This document shows, one piece after another, positions 1 through 11,765 of a DNA stretch of 64,000 nt. The stretch's first letter is position 1, and the number at the start of each line of letters is the position of its first letter. The notes below the pieces were generated by a model, which was given only the letters and a program-made list of their open reading frames with translations, was not told the DNA's origin and searched no databases. This DNA comes from Octopus sinensis. Its lineage: Eukaryota. Made by a program: the position numbers and the translations under genes. The stretch covers positions 20,770,001 to 20,834,000 of the forward strand of contig NC_043014.1 of NCBI RefSeq assembly GCF_006345805.1, in the 5' to 3' direction.

Positions 1-362
1 CAAGAATTGAATAATCTTAACCGTAGAACGAAATCAAAGACGTAATCTATCCATATTCGTCTGCTATTGTGCTATTGTGCTATTCAACAGAATTTAATAA
101 GTTGTAATAAATCTTTATTTTCATATCAGAGAAAAACTCATATGAGGCGAGTTGAATTCATAGAACCAAAGAATAGTTCTATGAGTATAGAAACCACTCT
201 ATTCAGCTGTGGGTTCTAAAAAGAAAAACATCAGTAATATAAACGCAAGCATAATTGTATATTTTTTTTAAATCGCTTAGTAACCATGTGATTTTGAGTT
301 CGGTCCCACTGAACAGTAACTTGTACAAATGTCTTCTACTCTACCCTCAATTTGATTAATGT

Positions 363-1010
363 CTAAAGTAAGGCGTCATCCCTATATAGACCCCTTGTTA
401 ATTCCGGAAAAGAAGACTGGATTAATGAAAAGATATATATTTGGACTAGGTCAGTGACCTGAGCAGAATCATATGAGCCTATTGCTATATCAAATGCATT
501 CTCCCTATCTAATCTACTCCATAATCTACCATCAAAATCTACTAGAGTGGCTTGTATAGTATCTATTTCGCGTCGGGACAAATCGGAATTTTTCATGCTA
601 AAAATCAGGGCTTGATTAAGAACGATCAGATTAACGGGGGCATAATATCTAGTTGCAAGAATTTACTATCCTTACTAATTTCTAGAAGCTTAAACCATTC
701 AACCACCTCAAGGGTATCGGTCCAGAGGACTAATCTAATTTTAGACTTAAGGACGGGTATTACCCTGTCAATGATTTTTTTACTAATAATCACTATATCG
801 GTTCTAGAAAGACAAATCAATCGATAAGAAAGTTAAGTTTATGGTCCTTAATCATAATCTGGGGTTTTCGAGGGACGTAGAATTGGGTTCTATCATTTAT
901 TGCTAGATCTCTGACGATTTGTAGCCCTATATATTCCATCTTCCGTTATGTATTTGCCATATACATAACGATCTCTGTGAAAGTGACCGTGCTTTACTAG
1001 TATGCTACCA
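363..1010 (-). pseudogene. Degenerate Penelope-like element reverse transcriptase fragment
   Basis: Frameshifted pieces read IMIKDHKLNF, LSRTDIVIISKKIIDRV, KFLQLDI and FDIAIGSYDSAQVTDLV...GLYRDDALL, matching the PLE RT pattern (KDHK, MGSYDGAE, GLYRDD). Confidence 0.75.
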
Positions 1011-1193
1011 GGTGTAAATCATTCGTTTTATTATTCATATATATATATTTGAAAGTTTATGAGGAATATTTATTTCAGTTTTCGAATTGTAAAGGTGATT
1101 TTTTAAAAAGATGGTAGTAGGTTTGCAGCAGTGGTGATGAAGGTGATTGTCTAGATCGAATTTGTTGATGGTGATATATAGATATATATACAC

Positions 1194-1250
1194 CAAGGCG
1201 GTGCCCCAGCATGGCCGCAGTTAAATGACGGAAACAGCTAAAAGAATAAT
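1194..1250 (+). repeat. Isolated 3' tail of SINE family A / CR1-like LINE
   Basis: caaggcggtgccccagcatggccgcag...tgacggaaacagctaaaaga matches the tails at about 6683-6742 and 18430-18490. Confidence 0.7.
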
Positions 1251-1307
1251 ACAATATATATATACATTGTCCACTTTGAACTTTTAAACCCAAACCAAAC
1301 GATAACA

Positions 1308-1761
1308 AAGGAGATCAACTGCGAGCAGCTTGAGCGGCTTAAGTCAGCGCTAGAAGAAAAATGACCATCTTTGGTTTCAAGACGAAATATGTTCTTCCAT
1401 CAGGATAATACTCGACCACATACAGCGAGAATGGCATTCCAAAGGCTGGAGCAGTTTGAATGGGAAATTATGACCCACCCACTATATTCGCCGGACATAG
1501 CCCCATCTGATTATCCTTTATTCAGCTGTCTTCAAAATCATATGGACGAAAAATATATGAATTCTGCAGACGGGGTCCGAACAGTACTGGAGGAGTATTT
1601 TTTGTCACGGACAAGTGAATTTTGGAAGAGGGGCCTTGAATGTCTACCATAAAGATGGAAGAGCATTGTTGAAAATGAAAGAGAGTATATTTTACATTAA
1701 AAAAGAACTTTGTTAATTTTCAAAAATAAAAATATAAAAAAACGCACTATTTATGGATGAC

Positions 1762-1765
<4 letters not shown>
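1308..1765 (+). mobile_element. Mariner (DD34D) transposase 3' half with right terminal repeat, 5'-truncated
   Basis: FFHQDNTRPH and PLYSPDIAPSDYPLF motifs with in-frame stops. Ends in gcactatttatggatgacccaa followed by TA, a mariner-type terminus. Confidence 0.9.
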
Positions 1766-1828
<63 letters not shown>

Positions 1829-2134
1829 ATATATATATATATATACATGGCAGTTAAACAAACACAATTGATAAAATAGTACTTAACGTTAAAATAAGTA
1901 CTGGCGTCGATATTTTAGATTAAACCTATGAAGATTAATTGCTGATGTAATGAGAACCCCAGTATGATCACGATCTGTTAATTAGTATAAGACAAGGTGA
2001 AAAAAAGAGAATGTGCATATGTGTGGGGAGTGTAATAATTTTTGATTATATAAACTGTTACAATAAAATTTTACATTAATATGAAGGGTTACTCAATACT
2101 TTTGTAGAGTACAGATTTATTGTCCTTAAACAAA

Positions 2135-2231
2135 AATATTATTGACAGTGACTTCGAAATTTCGGCCAGCTAGGCCATCGTCGGACAATTGCTCGCCTGG
2201 GCGATACTTCGAAGTCACTATCAATAATATT
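2135..2231. repeat. 97-bp hairpin with 24-bp inverted arms
   Basis: aatattattgacagtgacttcgaa (2135-2158) pairs with ttcgaagtcactatcaataatatt (2208-2231), 1 mismatch. Confidence 0.85.
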
Positions 2232-2247
2232 CCTGTTACGAGTAATG

Positions 2248-2297
<50 letters not shown>

Positions 2298-2298
<1 letters not shown>

Positions 2299-4828
2299 TA
2301 GCAGAGATACCCGGCGTTGCCCGGTTACATTCAATTGAAGAATTAGACTTTTCTGTTATATATATATGGATACACACACACACACACACACATACACACA
2401 CACACATATATATATATATGTATATTAATATAAATACATGAAAGTACATGAAGTTTGTTAACTAAAGGGGGATCATGTATATATCTCCTGGCTGTTGCGA
2501 TTATAACACCTCGTTGTAAACAATGTTCCTTGTTTTTCCGTGTGGAGCATATACAAAAAGGTTTCTTTTGGTTCCTACTCTTGAGCAGCCAACATACAGT
2601 TGCCCATGCGAGGAGCAAGGCTCTTCTAAAAGAAGACCAGCTACAGAGAGGGTTTGACCCTGAGATTTGTTAATGAATATGGCAAAGCTGACACGAAGGG
2701 GGAATTGCAGTCTTCTGAATGTAAATGGAATTTCTGCTCCTGATGGAGGAAGAGGAATTCTTGGAATAAAGACGTCATCACCTTTTCCACATCCAGAAAG
2801 AGTAATCGCCTCGATAACGTGTGGCATCATTTTCTTTATCACCAGTCGTGTTCCATTGCAAAGTCTTGGTGGTTCCAGATTGCGGAGTAGCATTACAGGA
2901 GTTCCAACTTTAAGTACTAATATGTGTGGAAGTAGTCCAGGAGGCTCCAGTGAATTGAGAAATTCAGGAGGATAGTTCACAACTTCATTTATATCTGGAA
3001 TTGTATCAACAGACTTGTAAGTGTGTATAATGCCGGGAAGAGAATGCATTAGCTGTTGATTAATGTTGTTAACAGCGACGTTTTTTGGAGCTAATATTGC
3101 TCTTTCACACAGCCAATTGTGATTTTGGTAGTTTTGTGTGAAGTTGGGAAAGACTTTGTTTTTGAGGTCATCTACAGAATTAACAACAGAGGAAAATGAC
3201 CACACTTCCATTTGTCCTGTAGCATCGAGAGGCATCTTGCCTTCACCAAGTGTCAAAATGTCCTGTGCAAACTTTGTGGACATTTTGTCGCCGTGTAGCT
3301 GAGCTCTCATGTTAGTGGTGAGACTGAGGATTGTAACATGATGCCACAGGGTAGAGGACTTTAGGCATGCTTGGACTTCATCTGCTCTAGTGCCTTTCGG
3401 AATGACAGAAAGAGTTTGCCTGAAATCACCTGACAACAGAAGCGTTACACCTCCCATTGGAGCCTGACAGTCTCGGATGTCTTTCAGGGCTCTATCTAAT
3501 GCTTCCAAAGCTCCCTTGTGAGCCATAGTGCACTCATCCCAGACAATTAGATGACACATTTTAAGTACTTGTCCCTGATCTGAGCTTTTGTTGATGTTGC
3601 ACGAAGGCATTTCGGATGCTGCTAAATTGAGAGGGAGTTTAAAAGTTGAGTGTGCTGTCCTGCCACCGGGTAACAAAGTAGCTGCAATGCCAGAGGAGGC
3701 TACAGCTACTGCAATGTCCTGATGCTGCCTAACTTCTGCAAGGAGAAGCTTTGTAATAAATGTTTTTCCTGTCCCTCCAGGAGCATCGAGGAAGAAGATT
3801 CGTCCCTCGCGTTGGCGTACACTGTTAAGAATAGTTCTGTAGGCCTGCAACTGGTCCGGAAGTAATTTCGGCTCATTTTCAACAATGTACTTTGAAAGCG
3901 GTTGAGTGTCGTAGGTTTTTTCACGAATGACAGCAGTGGGAAGGCTATTTGACCCTGACCTGAATGCTTGTGGCAGGCCATACGTCGACAATTCATTTCC
4001 ACCCAGTTCAGCAATTCTGTCTTCAATGTCAATGAGGGTTTTGTTATAGATTTCATTGCTGATGCCCTCCATGTCAGGATAGAGCAGTTGAGCTTGGCGC
4101 TGAAAGTCTTCAGCCAGGTTGTCTCTATATTTGAGCCATAGAGTGGCCAATGACACAGTTCGCATGCCTGTAGTAATACTGCAAATAGTGCCCTGAGACT
4201 TTTAGGTGATTGTGATAAAGCAGCCTCTCCTAAAGTTGCATCCCATTGTGCACCATCTTCTAACAGATCTTGTCGATAGCAAGGTTACTCAATACTTTTG
4301 TAGAGTACAGATTTATTGTCCTTAAACAAAAATATTATTTTATGTTGTGCAGACATGTCCATGAACGGTTTTTAGGGCCTGGAAAGACGTTGGCCCTCTG
4401 ACCTCATGCAGTAGTAGACGAAGGCAGAAGCACTCTTGTTGGGTGGGATGCACTGTGTATACTCGCCCAAGGCAAGTCTGAAACTTAATGCCAGGGTATC
4501 CATGAACATTTTGACCTGCTTTCCGTGGGGCCCATTTTCATTTTTCCATTCCAAGTGTAGTACGATGGAATCTGTGGATACAGCAAGGTTTGAGCGAATG
4601 GATCCATTTGACAAAGCTTGAAGAATGCAGTGAGTGTGCTATCCCTTGGTTCCTCTGCCAAGAGAGAAGCATTAGCATCGGTGAAGTACACTCTTTGACC
4701 ATTTTCCAGGTGCACTGCAAGCTGTTGAATGGCGGGGTGTCGTTGGTGAATTGGAAAGTCAAATATGCGCCAGAAAGCCTCGTTGCTACTTATGTACCGT
4801 CCCACCTGATAATGCGTCACCTCATATC
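2298..4828 (-). mobile_element. Helitron, 5'-truncated, with intact 3' terminus
   Basis: On the minus strand the element ends in the hairpin ccgggcaacgccggg followed by CTAG|T at 2298. Internal RepHel coding includes GRYISSNEAFWRIF and LAVHLENGQRVYF. Confidence 0.93.
2501..4165 (-). CDS. Helitron RepHel C-terminal PIF1-family (SF1B) DNA helicase domain; open frame but part of a broken ORF
   Basis: Walker A DAPGGTGKT, ASSGIAATLLPGGRTAHS, Walker B WDECTM, GDFRQ, RLCNGTRL, INKSQGQTL, HGQLYVGCSRV. The upstream continuation (4166-4828) is frameshifted. Confidence 0.92.
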   Translation of the reverse strand: MRTVSLATLWLKYRDNLAEDFQRQAQLLYPDMEGISNEIYNKTLIDIEDRIAELGGNELSTYGLPQAFRSGSNSLPTAVIREKTYDTQPLSKYIVENEPKLLPDQLQAYRTILNSVRQREGRIFFLDAPGGTGKTFITKLLLAEVRQHQDIAVAVASSGIAATLLPGGRTAHSTFKLPLNLAASEMPSCNINKSSDQGQVLKMCHLIVWDECTMAHKGALEALDRALKDIRDCQAPMGGVTLLLSGDFRQTLSVIPKGTRADEVQACLKSSTLWHHVTILSLTTNMRAQLHGDKMSTKFAQDILTLGEGKMPLDATGQMEVWSFSSVVNSVDDLKNKVFPNFTQNYQNHNWLCERAILAPKNVAVNNINQQLMHSLPGIIHTYKSVDTIPDINEVVNYPPEFLNSLEPPGLLPHILVLKVGTPVMLLRNLEPPRLCNGTRLVIKKMMPHVIEAITLSGCGKGDDVFIPRIPLPPSGAEIPFTFRRLQFPLRVSFAIFINKSQGQTLSVAGLLLEEPCSSHGQLYVGCSRVGTKRNLFVYAPHGKTRNIVYNEVL

Positions 4829-4829
4829 C

Positions 4830-4984
4830 CTTAAGTTCGTTTATGGGAAACGTTTTGAAACATCCATATAAAAGTTTCATTATGCCGACTACAGTCTAAT
4901 AATACTAACTGGTAATACCAGATTTTGAGGTCGCGCCGTGCTATGCCGATATAATATAGTATGAATATAGTAATAATAATAATA

Positions 4985-5051
<67 letters not shown>

Positions 5052-5125
5052 TCCATTGACGGAATTTATAAATATTTTAATGCATCACTACGCACGTTTC
5101 CACGCATCGCATGTTTCTTAAGATC
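4830..5125. repeat. Unclassified dispersed repeat containing (TAA)n; second copy at about 15570-15800
   Basis: Shared blocks ttaagttcgtt..gggaaacgttttg..catataaaag and aatcca..ggaatttataaatatt..aatgcatcactacgc..gtttcc. Confidence 0.65.
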
Positions 5126-5172
5126 AAAGACCGATGTCCATGGATGCTATGGACTGTAGTGTAATCACCTCA

Positions 5173-5300
5173 GGGTGGATTTTGCCTTTCATCCTTTCGA
5201 GGCCGATCAAATAATTACCTGTAGAATATTGTGGTCGTTGTAATTGATTATCACCTCCCCTAAAATTTCAGGCCTTGTGCCTATTGTAGAAAAGATTATT
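5173..5300 (+). mobile_element. SINE family B fragment (core and tail)
   Basis: gcctttcatcctttcgagg.cgat.aaataa core shared with many copies in the window. Confidence 0.7.
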
Positions 5301-5331
5301 ACCATGTGTATATATATGTGTATGTATATAA

Positions 5332-5375
<44 letters not shown>

Positions 5376-5582
5376 GTACATATATAAGTAGATGAGTGTA
5401 TTTTTACCTTGTTAACAATTAACACGGAAAAATAAGTAAATAGTTACCAGGGCAGCAAAAATCTCACAAATAAAGATGTTGTAACTCCTTGTTTATAAAG
5501 GTTGAAACTTCGTGTTTACGTTGAATATTTTGAATAATATGAATAAAAAATGGAGTTAACGCAGGTTTAAACAAGTATTTTT

Positions 5583-5668
5583 ACTTTCTACATATGTTTC
5601 GAAAATTCCACTGATACTTATTCAAAAGAATAAAAGGTATAAACAATGCAATCTTCTTTCGGGAAAGT
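5583..5668 (-). ncRNA. Degenerate type I hammerhead ribozyme motif
   Basis: Minus strand: stem I actttc/gaaagt, mutated core ccgaaa, stem II gaagattgca/tggaattttc, GAAA, palindromic stem III acatatgt, GUA triplet. Confidence 0.45.
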
Positions 5669-5762
5669 GAAAAAACGAAACTCGTCAATACGACATTTTA
5701 GCAAAAAATGATGGATTTGTATATATATATATATATATATAATATATAATATATATATATAG

Positions 5763-5793
<31 letters not shown>

Positions 5794-5827
5794 GTATATA
5801 TGTATATATATATGTATATATATATAT

Positions 5828-5860
<33 letters not shown>

Positions 5861-5987
5861 GATATATATGTATATGTATATATATATATGTATATATATA
5901 TATATGTATACATTATATATGTATACATATATATATATATAGATATATTATATATATAGTATATATATATATATATATATATATAAT

Positions 5988-6020
<33 letters not shown>

Positions 6021-6041
6021 ATATTATATATATATATATGT

Positions 6042-6090
<49 letters not shown>

Positions 6091-6094
6091 ATAT

Positions 6095-6126
<32 letters not shown>

Positions 6127-6146
6127 GTTATATATAATATATATAT

Positions 6147-6449
6147 ATCGGTCTCTTTTGCCGAACCGCTAGGTGACGGGGACGTAAACCCACCAGCATC
6201 GGTTGTCAAGCAATGGTAGGGGGATAAACACAGACACACAAACACATACACATACACACATACACATATATATATATATACATATATACGACAGGCTTCT
6301 TTCAGTTTCCGTCTACCAAATCCACTCACAAGGCATTGGTCGGCCCGGGGCTATAGCAGAAGACACTTGCCCAAGTTGCCACGCAGTGGGACTGAACCCG
6401 GAACCATGTGGTTGGTTAGCAAGCTACTTACCACACAGCCACTCCTGCG

Positions 6450-6450
<1 letters not shown>
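6147..6450 (-). mobile_element. tRNA-derived SINE family A (head, internal microsatellite, partial body)
   Basis: Head gtggctgtgtggtaag...ggttcagtccc (A/B-box-like) and cttgggcaagtgtcttct block, repeated more than 10 times in the window. Confidence 0.85.
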
Positions 6451-6499
<49 letters not shown>

Positions 6500-6513
<14 letters not shown>

Positions 6514-6742
6514 ATGTGTGTATGTGTATGTGTTTGTGTGTCTGTGTTTATCCCCCTACCATTGCTTGACAACCGATGCTGGTGTGTTTACGTCCCCGTC
6601 ATCTAGCGGTTCGGCAAAAGAGACCGATAGAATAAGTACTAGGCTTACAAAAATAAGTCCCGGGGTCGATTTGCTCGACTAAAGGCGGTGCTCCAGCATG
6701 GCCGCAGTCAAAATGACTGAAAGAAGTAAAAGAGTAAAAGAG
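6500..6742 (+). mobile_element. SINE family A body and tail, inverted relative to 6147-6450
   Basis: cttgacaaccgatgctgg...ggcggtgctccagcatggccgcagtc...gtaaaagagtaaaagagt. Confidence 0.85.
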
Positions 6743-6785
<43 letters not shown>

Positions 6786-6912
6786 ATAAAGTTAAATAAT
6801 GAAGGTAGAAATTAATATTATTAATTAATATTAATTTTAACCAGTGGCTAGCATACTTTAAAAATTCCGAGGAGATATGTAATATATATGTATATACATA
6901 TGTATATACATA

Positions 6913-7026
<114 letters not shown>

Positions 7027-7119
7027 ATCCAACATGAGAAGACAAAGAGAAAACACAACGTGAGGACATGGAACAAATATAGTATTATTGGACGCTCAGG
7101 AAGGAAGGGAAGAAGGAGG

Positions 7120-7154
7120 GTTTAACGTTTCGAGCGGAGCTCTTCGTCAGAAAC
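7120..7154 (-). ncRNA. Minimal type I hammerhead ribozyme inside a ~200-bp (TA)n-flanked module (7023-7222)
   Basis: Minus strand gttt-CTGACGA-a-gagc-tcc-gctc-GAAA-cgT-T-aaac. Core intact, stem I gttt/aaac, stem II gagc/gctc, palindromic ACGT stem III as in PLE-associated dimeric hammerheads. Confidence 0.75.
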
Positions 7155-7234
7155 ATAGGAAAAGGAAAGATCCAGAGAAGGGAAGACGGAGGGAAAAAAA
7201 TCGCCAACGGTAGACACGCGGTATATACATATGC

Positions 7235-7286
<52 letters not shown>

Positions 7287-7290
<4 letters not shown>

Positions 7291-7862
7291 TGACGCATAT
7301 TTGCCATTTGAATATGGCTAACGCGTAAGGGTGGATGCTACTGTAGTTTGTAGCCCCAGGAAGATATCTCCTCCAGCTGGCTATAGACACACTATCTGTG
7401 TTCTCTCAGTATTTGTGAAGGGAAGTCATCCTCCCCGTCTTCAACTCATGATACACACGGACTCGAGTTTCAAGGTGTTTACCTATCATCAGCGTGTGAC
7501 AATCATGGTTGTCGACGAGAAGTCAGCTCCCTTCACAAATACATATACTTTTTCCAGTGTCGAGTGACACTGATATTGAAAAAGTGAAATCAAGCAATGA
7601 TAAATCTCAGAGCGAGTTATAAACAGTAGCGGTAACACATCGTGACGCATATTTGCCATTTGAATATGGCTAAGCCCTAAGGGTGGATGCTACTGTAGTT
7701 TGTAGCCCCAGGAAGATATCTCCTCCAGCTGGCTATAGACACACTATCTGTGTACTCTCAGTATTTGTGAAGGGAAGTCATCCTCCCCATCTTCAACTCA
7801 TGATACACACGGACTCGAGTTTCAAGGTGTTTACCTATCATCAGCGTGTGACAATCATGGTT
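7287..7862. repeat. Partial tandem duplication: 224-bp direct repeats (7287-7510, 7639-7862) with 128-bp spacer
   Basis: Both copies run atcgtgacgcatatttgcc...gacaatcatggtt with only a few mismatches. The ORF track shows duplicated MDATVVCSPRK peptides. Confidence 0.92.
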
Positions 7863-7877
7863 AAGAAGAGAGTAATA

Positions 7878-8083
7878 CTATAGGCACAAGGCCTGAAATT
7901 TGGGGAGAGGAGATAGTTGATTGCATTGACCTCAGTGCACGACAGGTACTTAATTCATCGAAACCAGGAGGATGTAAGGCAAATTCGACGTAGGCGGAAT
8001 TTGAACCCAGAACGTAAAGACGGACGAAATGCCACTATGCATTTTGTTCGGCGCACTAATGATTCCGCCAGCTCACTACCTTA
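7878..8083 (-). mobile_element. tRNA-derived SINE family B, full length
   Basis: Minus-strand head gtgagctggcggaatcattag...gggttcaaattccgcc plus conserved core. Confidence 0.8.
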
Positions 8084-8239
8084 ATGATATCGAATAATAA
8101 TATAAACAAATAAAAAATGTTCGTTTGAACATACGACAATTGATTATATTAAAGCGCATGTGTTAAGTAATTGACAGGCGCTTCATAATTAAATCCTGCA
8201 CTTTTTATTGTCTTCATCCTTATTAGTAAATATCTCTAC

Positions 8240-8330
8240 TGATGACGTCATCACCAAACGTTTCCCTCCCATGACGCAGTTGACAGTTATGTTACTTAGG
8301 TAACAACGCTGAAATGGTGGTTGGCCAATT
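8240..8330. promoter_or_regulatory. Candidate cis-regulatory motif cluster (CRE, X-box-like, CCAAT)
   Basis: 14-bp palindrome tgatgacgtcatca (8240-8253), half-CRE tgacgca, RFX X-box-like gttacttaggtaac (8291-8304) and ccaat (8325-8329) in non-repetitive sequence. Confidence 0.3.
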
Positions 8331-8889
8331 AGTAAAACCTGCAAGCATGTGTTCAGTAAATTCAAACTGAAAGTGGACCAGACAAAACTTAATCCTTTTA
8401 ATTTTTAAACTTTGGCATGTAAACTCTAAATACAAACGCACTCTCTCTTTCCCCTCTCTCTCCACTCTCTCTTTCTCTCTGTCTCTTTCCTTCTCTCTTT
8501 TTCTCTCACACACACATACACACGCGCGTCACGCACACGTACACAGGGGCGCGATACCATACACATACAGCTTTCTGAGTGTTGTCCACTTTGTCGGATC
8601 TTGATTGAAAGTGGTTCAACGGAAATAATTCAGATCCAATCAAATTGACTGTTTTCCTTGGTATTGGATTTAGTCCATCATCTAATTTAACCTGTCATTC
8701 GGGCACCTTAACAGAGACTATTCTGTTGCAACGATTTGAACTGGGATTGTTTTCTTTAGGGTAAACTTTTAGCTGTGATTTGGTCAAGCAAAAATGTCAT
8801 AGGCGCTTCCCTATTTCTCTGGTCCGCCTGACCAAGGCACGAAAACGGGTTTAAATTTGTACTTAAAATTAATTGTATACATATGCGAA

Positions 8890-9280
8890 TCGTGGCTGTG
8901 AGGTAAGAATTTGGCTTCCCAGCCACATGATCGTGATCATACAGCGTGGCACCTTGTGCAAGTGACTTCTGCTATAGCCTCGGGCCGACTAAAGCCTTGT
9001 GAATTGATTTGGTAGACGGAAACTGAAAGAAGCCCTCAAATATATATATATATATGAAAGAGGCTGTGTCTGTGTTTATCTCCCACCAACACCTGGCAAC
9101 CGGTGTTTCTGTCTTTATGCCCCCGTAACTTAGCGATTCGGCAAAAGAGACCGCTAGAATAAGTACCAGGCTTAAAAAGAAAATATGTACTGGGATCGAT
9201 TTAGTTTGACTAGAATTCCTCAAGGTAGTGCCCCCAGCATGGCCACAGTCTAATGAAAGAAACATGTAAATGTTAAAAAG
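8890..9280 (+). mobile_element. SINE family A, full length, diverged
   Basis: Head, cttgtgcaagtgacttct block, internal (TA)n, body and ccccagcatggccacagtc tail. Confidence 0.85.
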
Positions 9281-9554
9281 ATGATGATAATGTTGTTTAA
9301 GGTTGAAGTTTGGAAAACTAAGACAAATAGCATTAGACAGATATTCTGAAAGTTCAGACTAAATGTGAAACAGACAAACATGTAATTCTGTACTCGTGTT
9401 TGTTCTCCAATTCCAATCCTGTTTTATTTCTTAGAAAGCAGCCACTTCAAATAATTTTTAAATGACGATACATGTATGTATATACATGCAAACATGTAAT
9501 GATAAAAGAGACTGGAAAGAAAAACGTGTTTAATAATAGAAATCAGTCGTCCAG

Positions 9555-10600
9555 GTTTCAAATTTTGGCAGTAGGCCAGCAATTTCTGGGGAAGGTATAA
9601 GTCGATTTTGTCGACCTCAGTGTGCAGCTGGTATTTATTTTTATCGACACCGCATGGATGAAATACTAAGTTGACTTACATGATGTTAATGTTGGTTTCA
9701 AAGTTTGGCACAGGACCAACAATTTCGAAGGAGGGGATAAGTCGATTATATCGACTCCAGGAATCAACTGGTACTTGATTTATCGAGCCCGACATGATAA
9801 AAGTCGACTTCCATAGAATTTGAACTCAGAAAGTAAAGACGGACAAAATTCCACTAAACATTTTGTCTGTCGTGCTAATGATTCTACCAGCTCGCCACCT
9901 TCCGCATGATGTTAATATTAAAGATTTGAAAAATAGAGAGGCGAGCTGGCAGAATTCGTTAGCACGAATGCTTAGCGGCATTTTGTCCATCTTTACATTC
10001 TGATTTCCAATTCCGTCGAGGTGGACTTTGTTTTTCATCCTTTCGGAGTCGATAAAATAAGTACCACTTGAGCATTTGGGTCGATACAATTGACTCACCC
10101 CCTCCCGCGATATTTCAGGCCTTGCGCCTATAATAGAAAAGAATATTAACGATAAAAATAGTGTGGAGAACTGGCAGAATCGTTAGCACGCCGGGGAAAA
10201 TGCGTAGCAGTATTTCTTCCAACTTTACATTCTGAGTTCAAATGCTGTCAGGATTGACTTTGCCTTTCATCCTTTCGGGGTCAATAAAGTAAGTAGCAGT
10301 TGAGTACTGGGGGTCGATGTAATCAACTTAGCCCCTCTTCCATGTTTGCTGGCCTTGTGCCAAAACTTGAAAGCAATATTAAAGATAAAATTTGAGCAGA
10401 ATCGTTATTGTGCTGGAAAGATGCTTAGCGGCATTTCTTCCTTCTTTGCGTTCTGAGGTCACATTCTGCCTAGGTCGACTTTACCTTTCATCGGTTCGGG
10501 GTCAATAAAATAAGTACCTGCTGAGCACTGAGGTCAATGTCATCGCCTTCTACCCTACCCGACAATTTGAGGCTTTGTACATTTGAAACAAATGTTAGAA
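9555..10600. mobile_element. Cluster of about five SINE family B copies (two on -, three on +)
   Basis: Repeated ctggcagaatcgttagcac heads and gcctttcatcctttcggggtcgataaaataagtacc cores at about 9555-9680(-), 9690-9902(-), 9938-10145(+), 10165-10380(+), 10395-10595(+). Confidence 0.85.
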
Positions 10601-11063
10601 GTAAAAGTTAAAGAAAATATCGATGACGAACTAGTGGGAAATCTGAAGATGCTACACCCGGAATGTACCTTACTTATACCTGAGATCTATTCTTGTAATT
10701 ACTGTTTAAGAACCTAGTATTCTGGTTGAAGAGTTGAAGAGTTTCTCAATCAACCGAAAATAGAGGCTTTTCCAACGGAAACAAATTCACGAAAATAAGT
10801 TTGCTTTTAACGTGCATTTTCAGGACAGTTATCTCAAGACTTATCAAAGCAGATGCATAAAATGATTTTTTTGTTTTTTATCTTTTCCTGAAGGGAAGCC
10901 TGTCTCATGCCCCTTCTCATTTTTATGTTTATTTTTGCAGTACAAATATTTCCCCTATAACCGGGCCTTGTTCTCACTACTATCTACGGAAATTATTCTT
11001 CGAGCACTAATTACAGGCAATATATTAAGTGAAATTGTTTCTATAGATATTTATTTGGTTTAT

Positions 11064-11157
<94 letters not shown>

Positions 11158-11361
11158 TGATAGATAGATACAAGGTTACAAAATATATCAGTGTACTTCA
11201 TTCTGCAACTACCTTCTTCAGCAATAATCTTGAGAAACTCGCCTCCATAAAACCGGAAAAAATACACTGTAATTTAGAAATTTCAATGATATACCATTAG
11301 AAAATTTTTTTTTTAAGTATGTAAAACATTTCAGAAGTTGAGTCAATATTACTACATATAC

Positions 11362-11765
11362 AGAGGCGGCAAGCTGGCAAAATCGTTAGCACAGCGGGCA
11401 AAATGCTTTCCGGCATTTCGTCCGTCTTTAAATTCTTAGTTCAAATTCCGCCAAGGTTGATTTTGCCTTTCATCCTTTCGAGGTCGATAAAATAAGTAAC
11501 AGTCAACTTATCCCCTTCTCCTGAATAGCTGGCATTGTGCCAAAATTTGAATGCAGTATTAGTACTCATACAGAGGCGGTTATGTAGCAGATTCGTTAAC
11601 ACACCGGGCATATTGCTTCGCGGCATTTCGCCTGTCTTTGTGTTCAGAGTTCAAATTCTACTGATATCAACCTCGCCTTTTTCCATTTGAGTACTGGGAT
11701 CGATGTAATCGATTTCTTCTTTTCCTCTGAACTTGCTGGCCTTGTACTAAAATTTGAAATCATTA
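11362..11765 (+). mobile_element. Two tandem SINE family B copies
   Basis: Both start cagaggcgg and contain gagttcaaattc B-box-like motifs and ggccttgtgccaaaatttgaa-type tails. Confidence 0.8.

Noticed and set aside
2501-4165. Host PIF1 helicase gene
   Set aside because: Intronless, preceded by frameshifted Helitron-specific motifs and followed by a hairpin-CTAG terminus, so it is a transposon.
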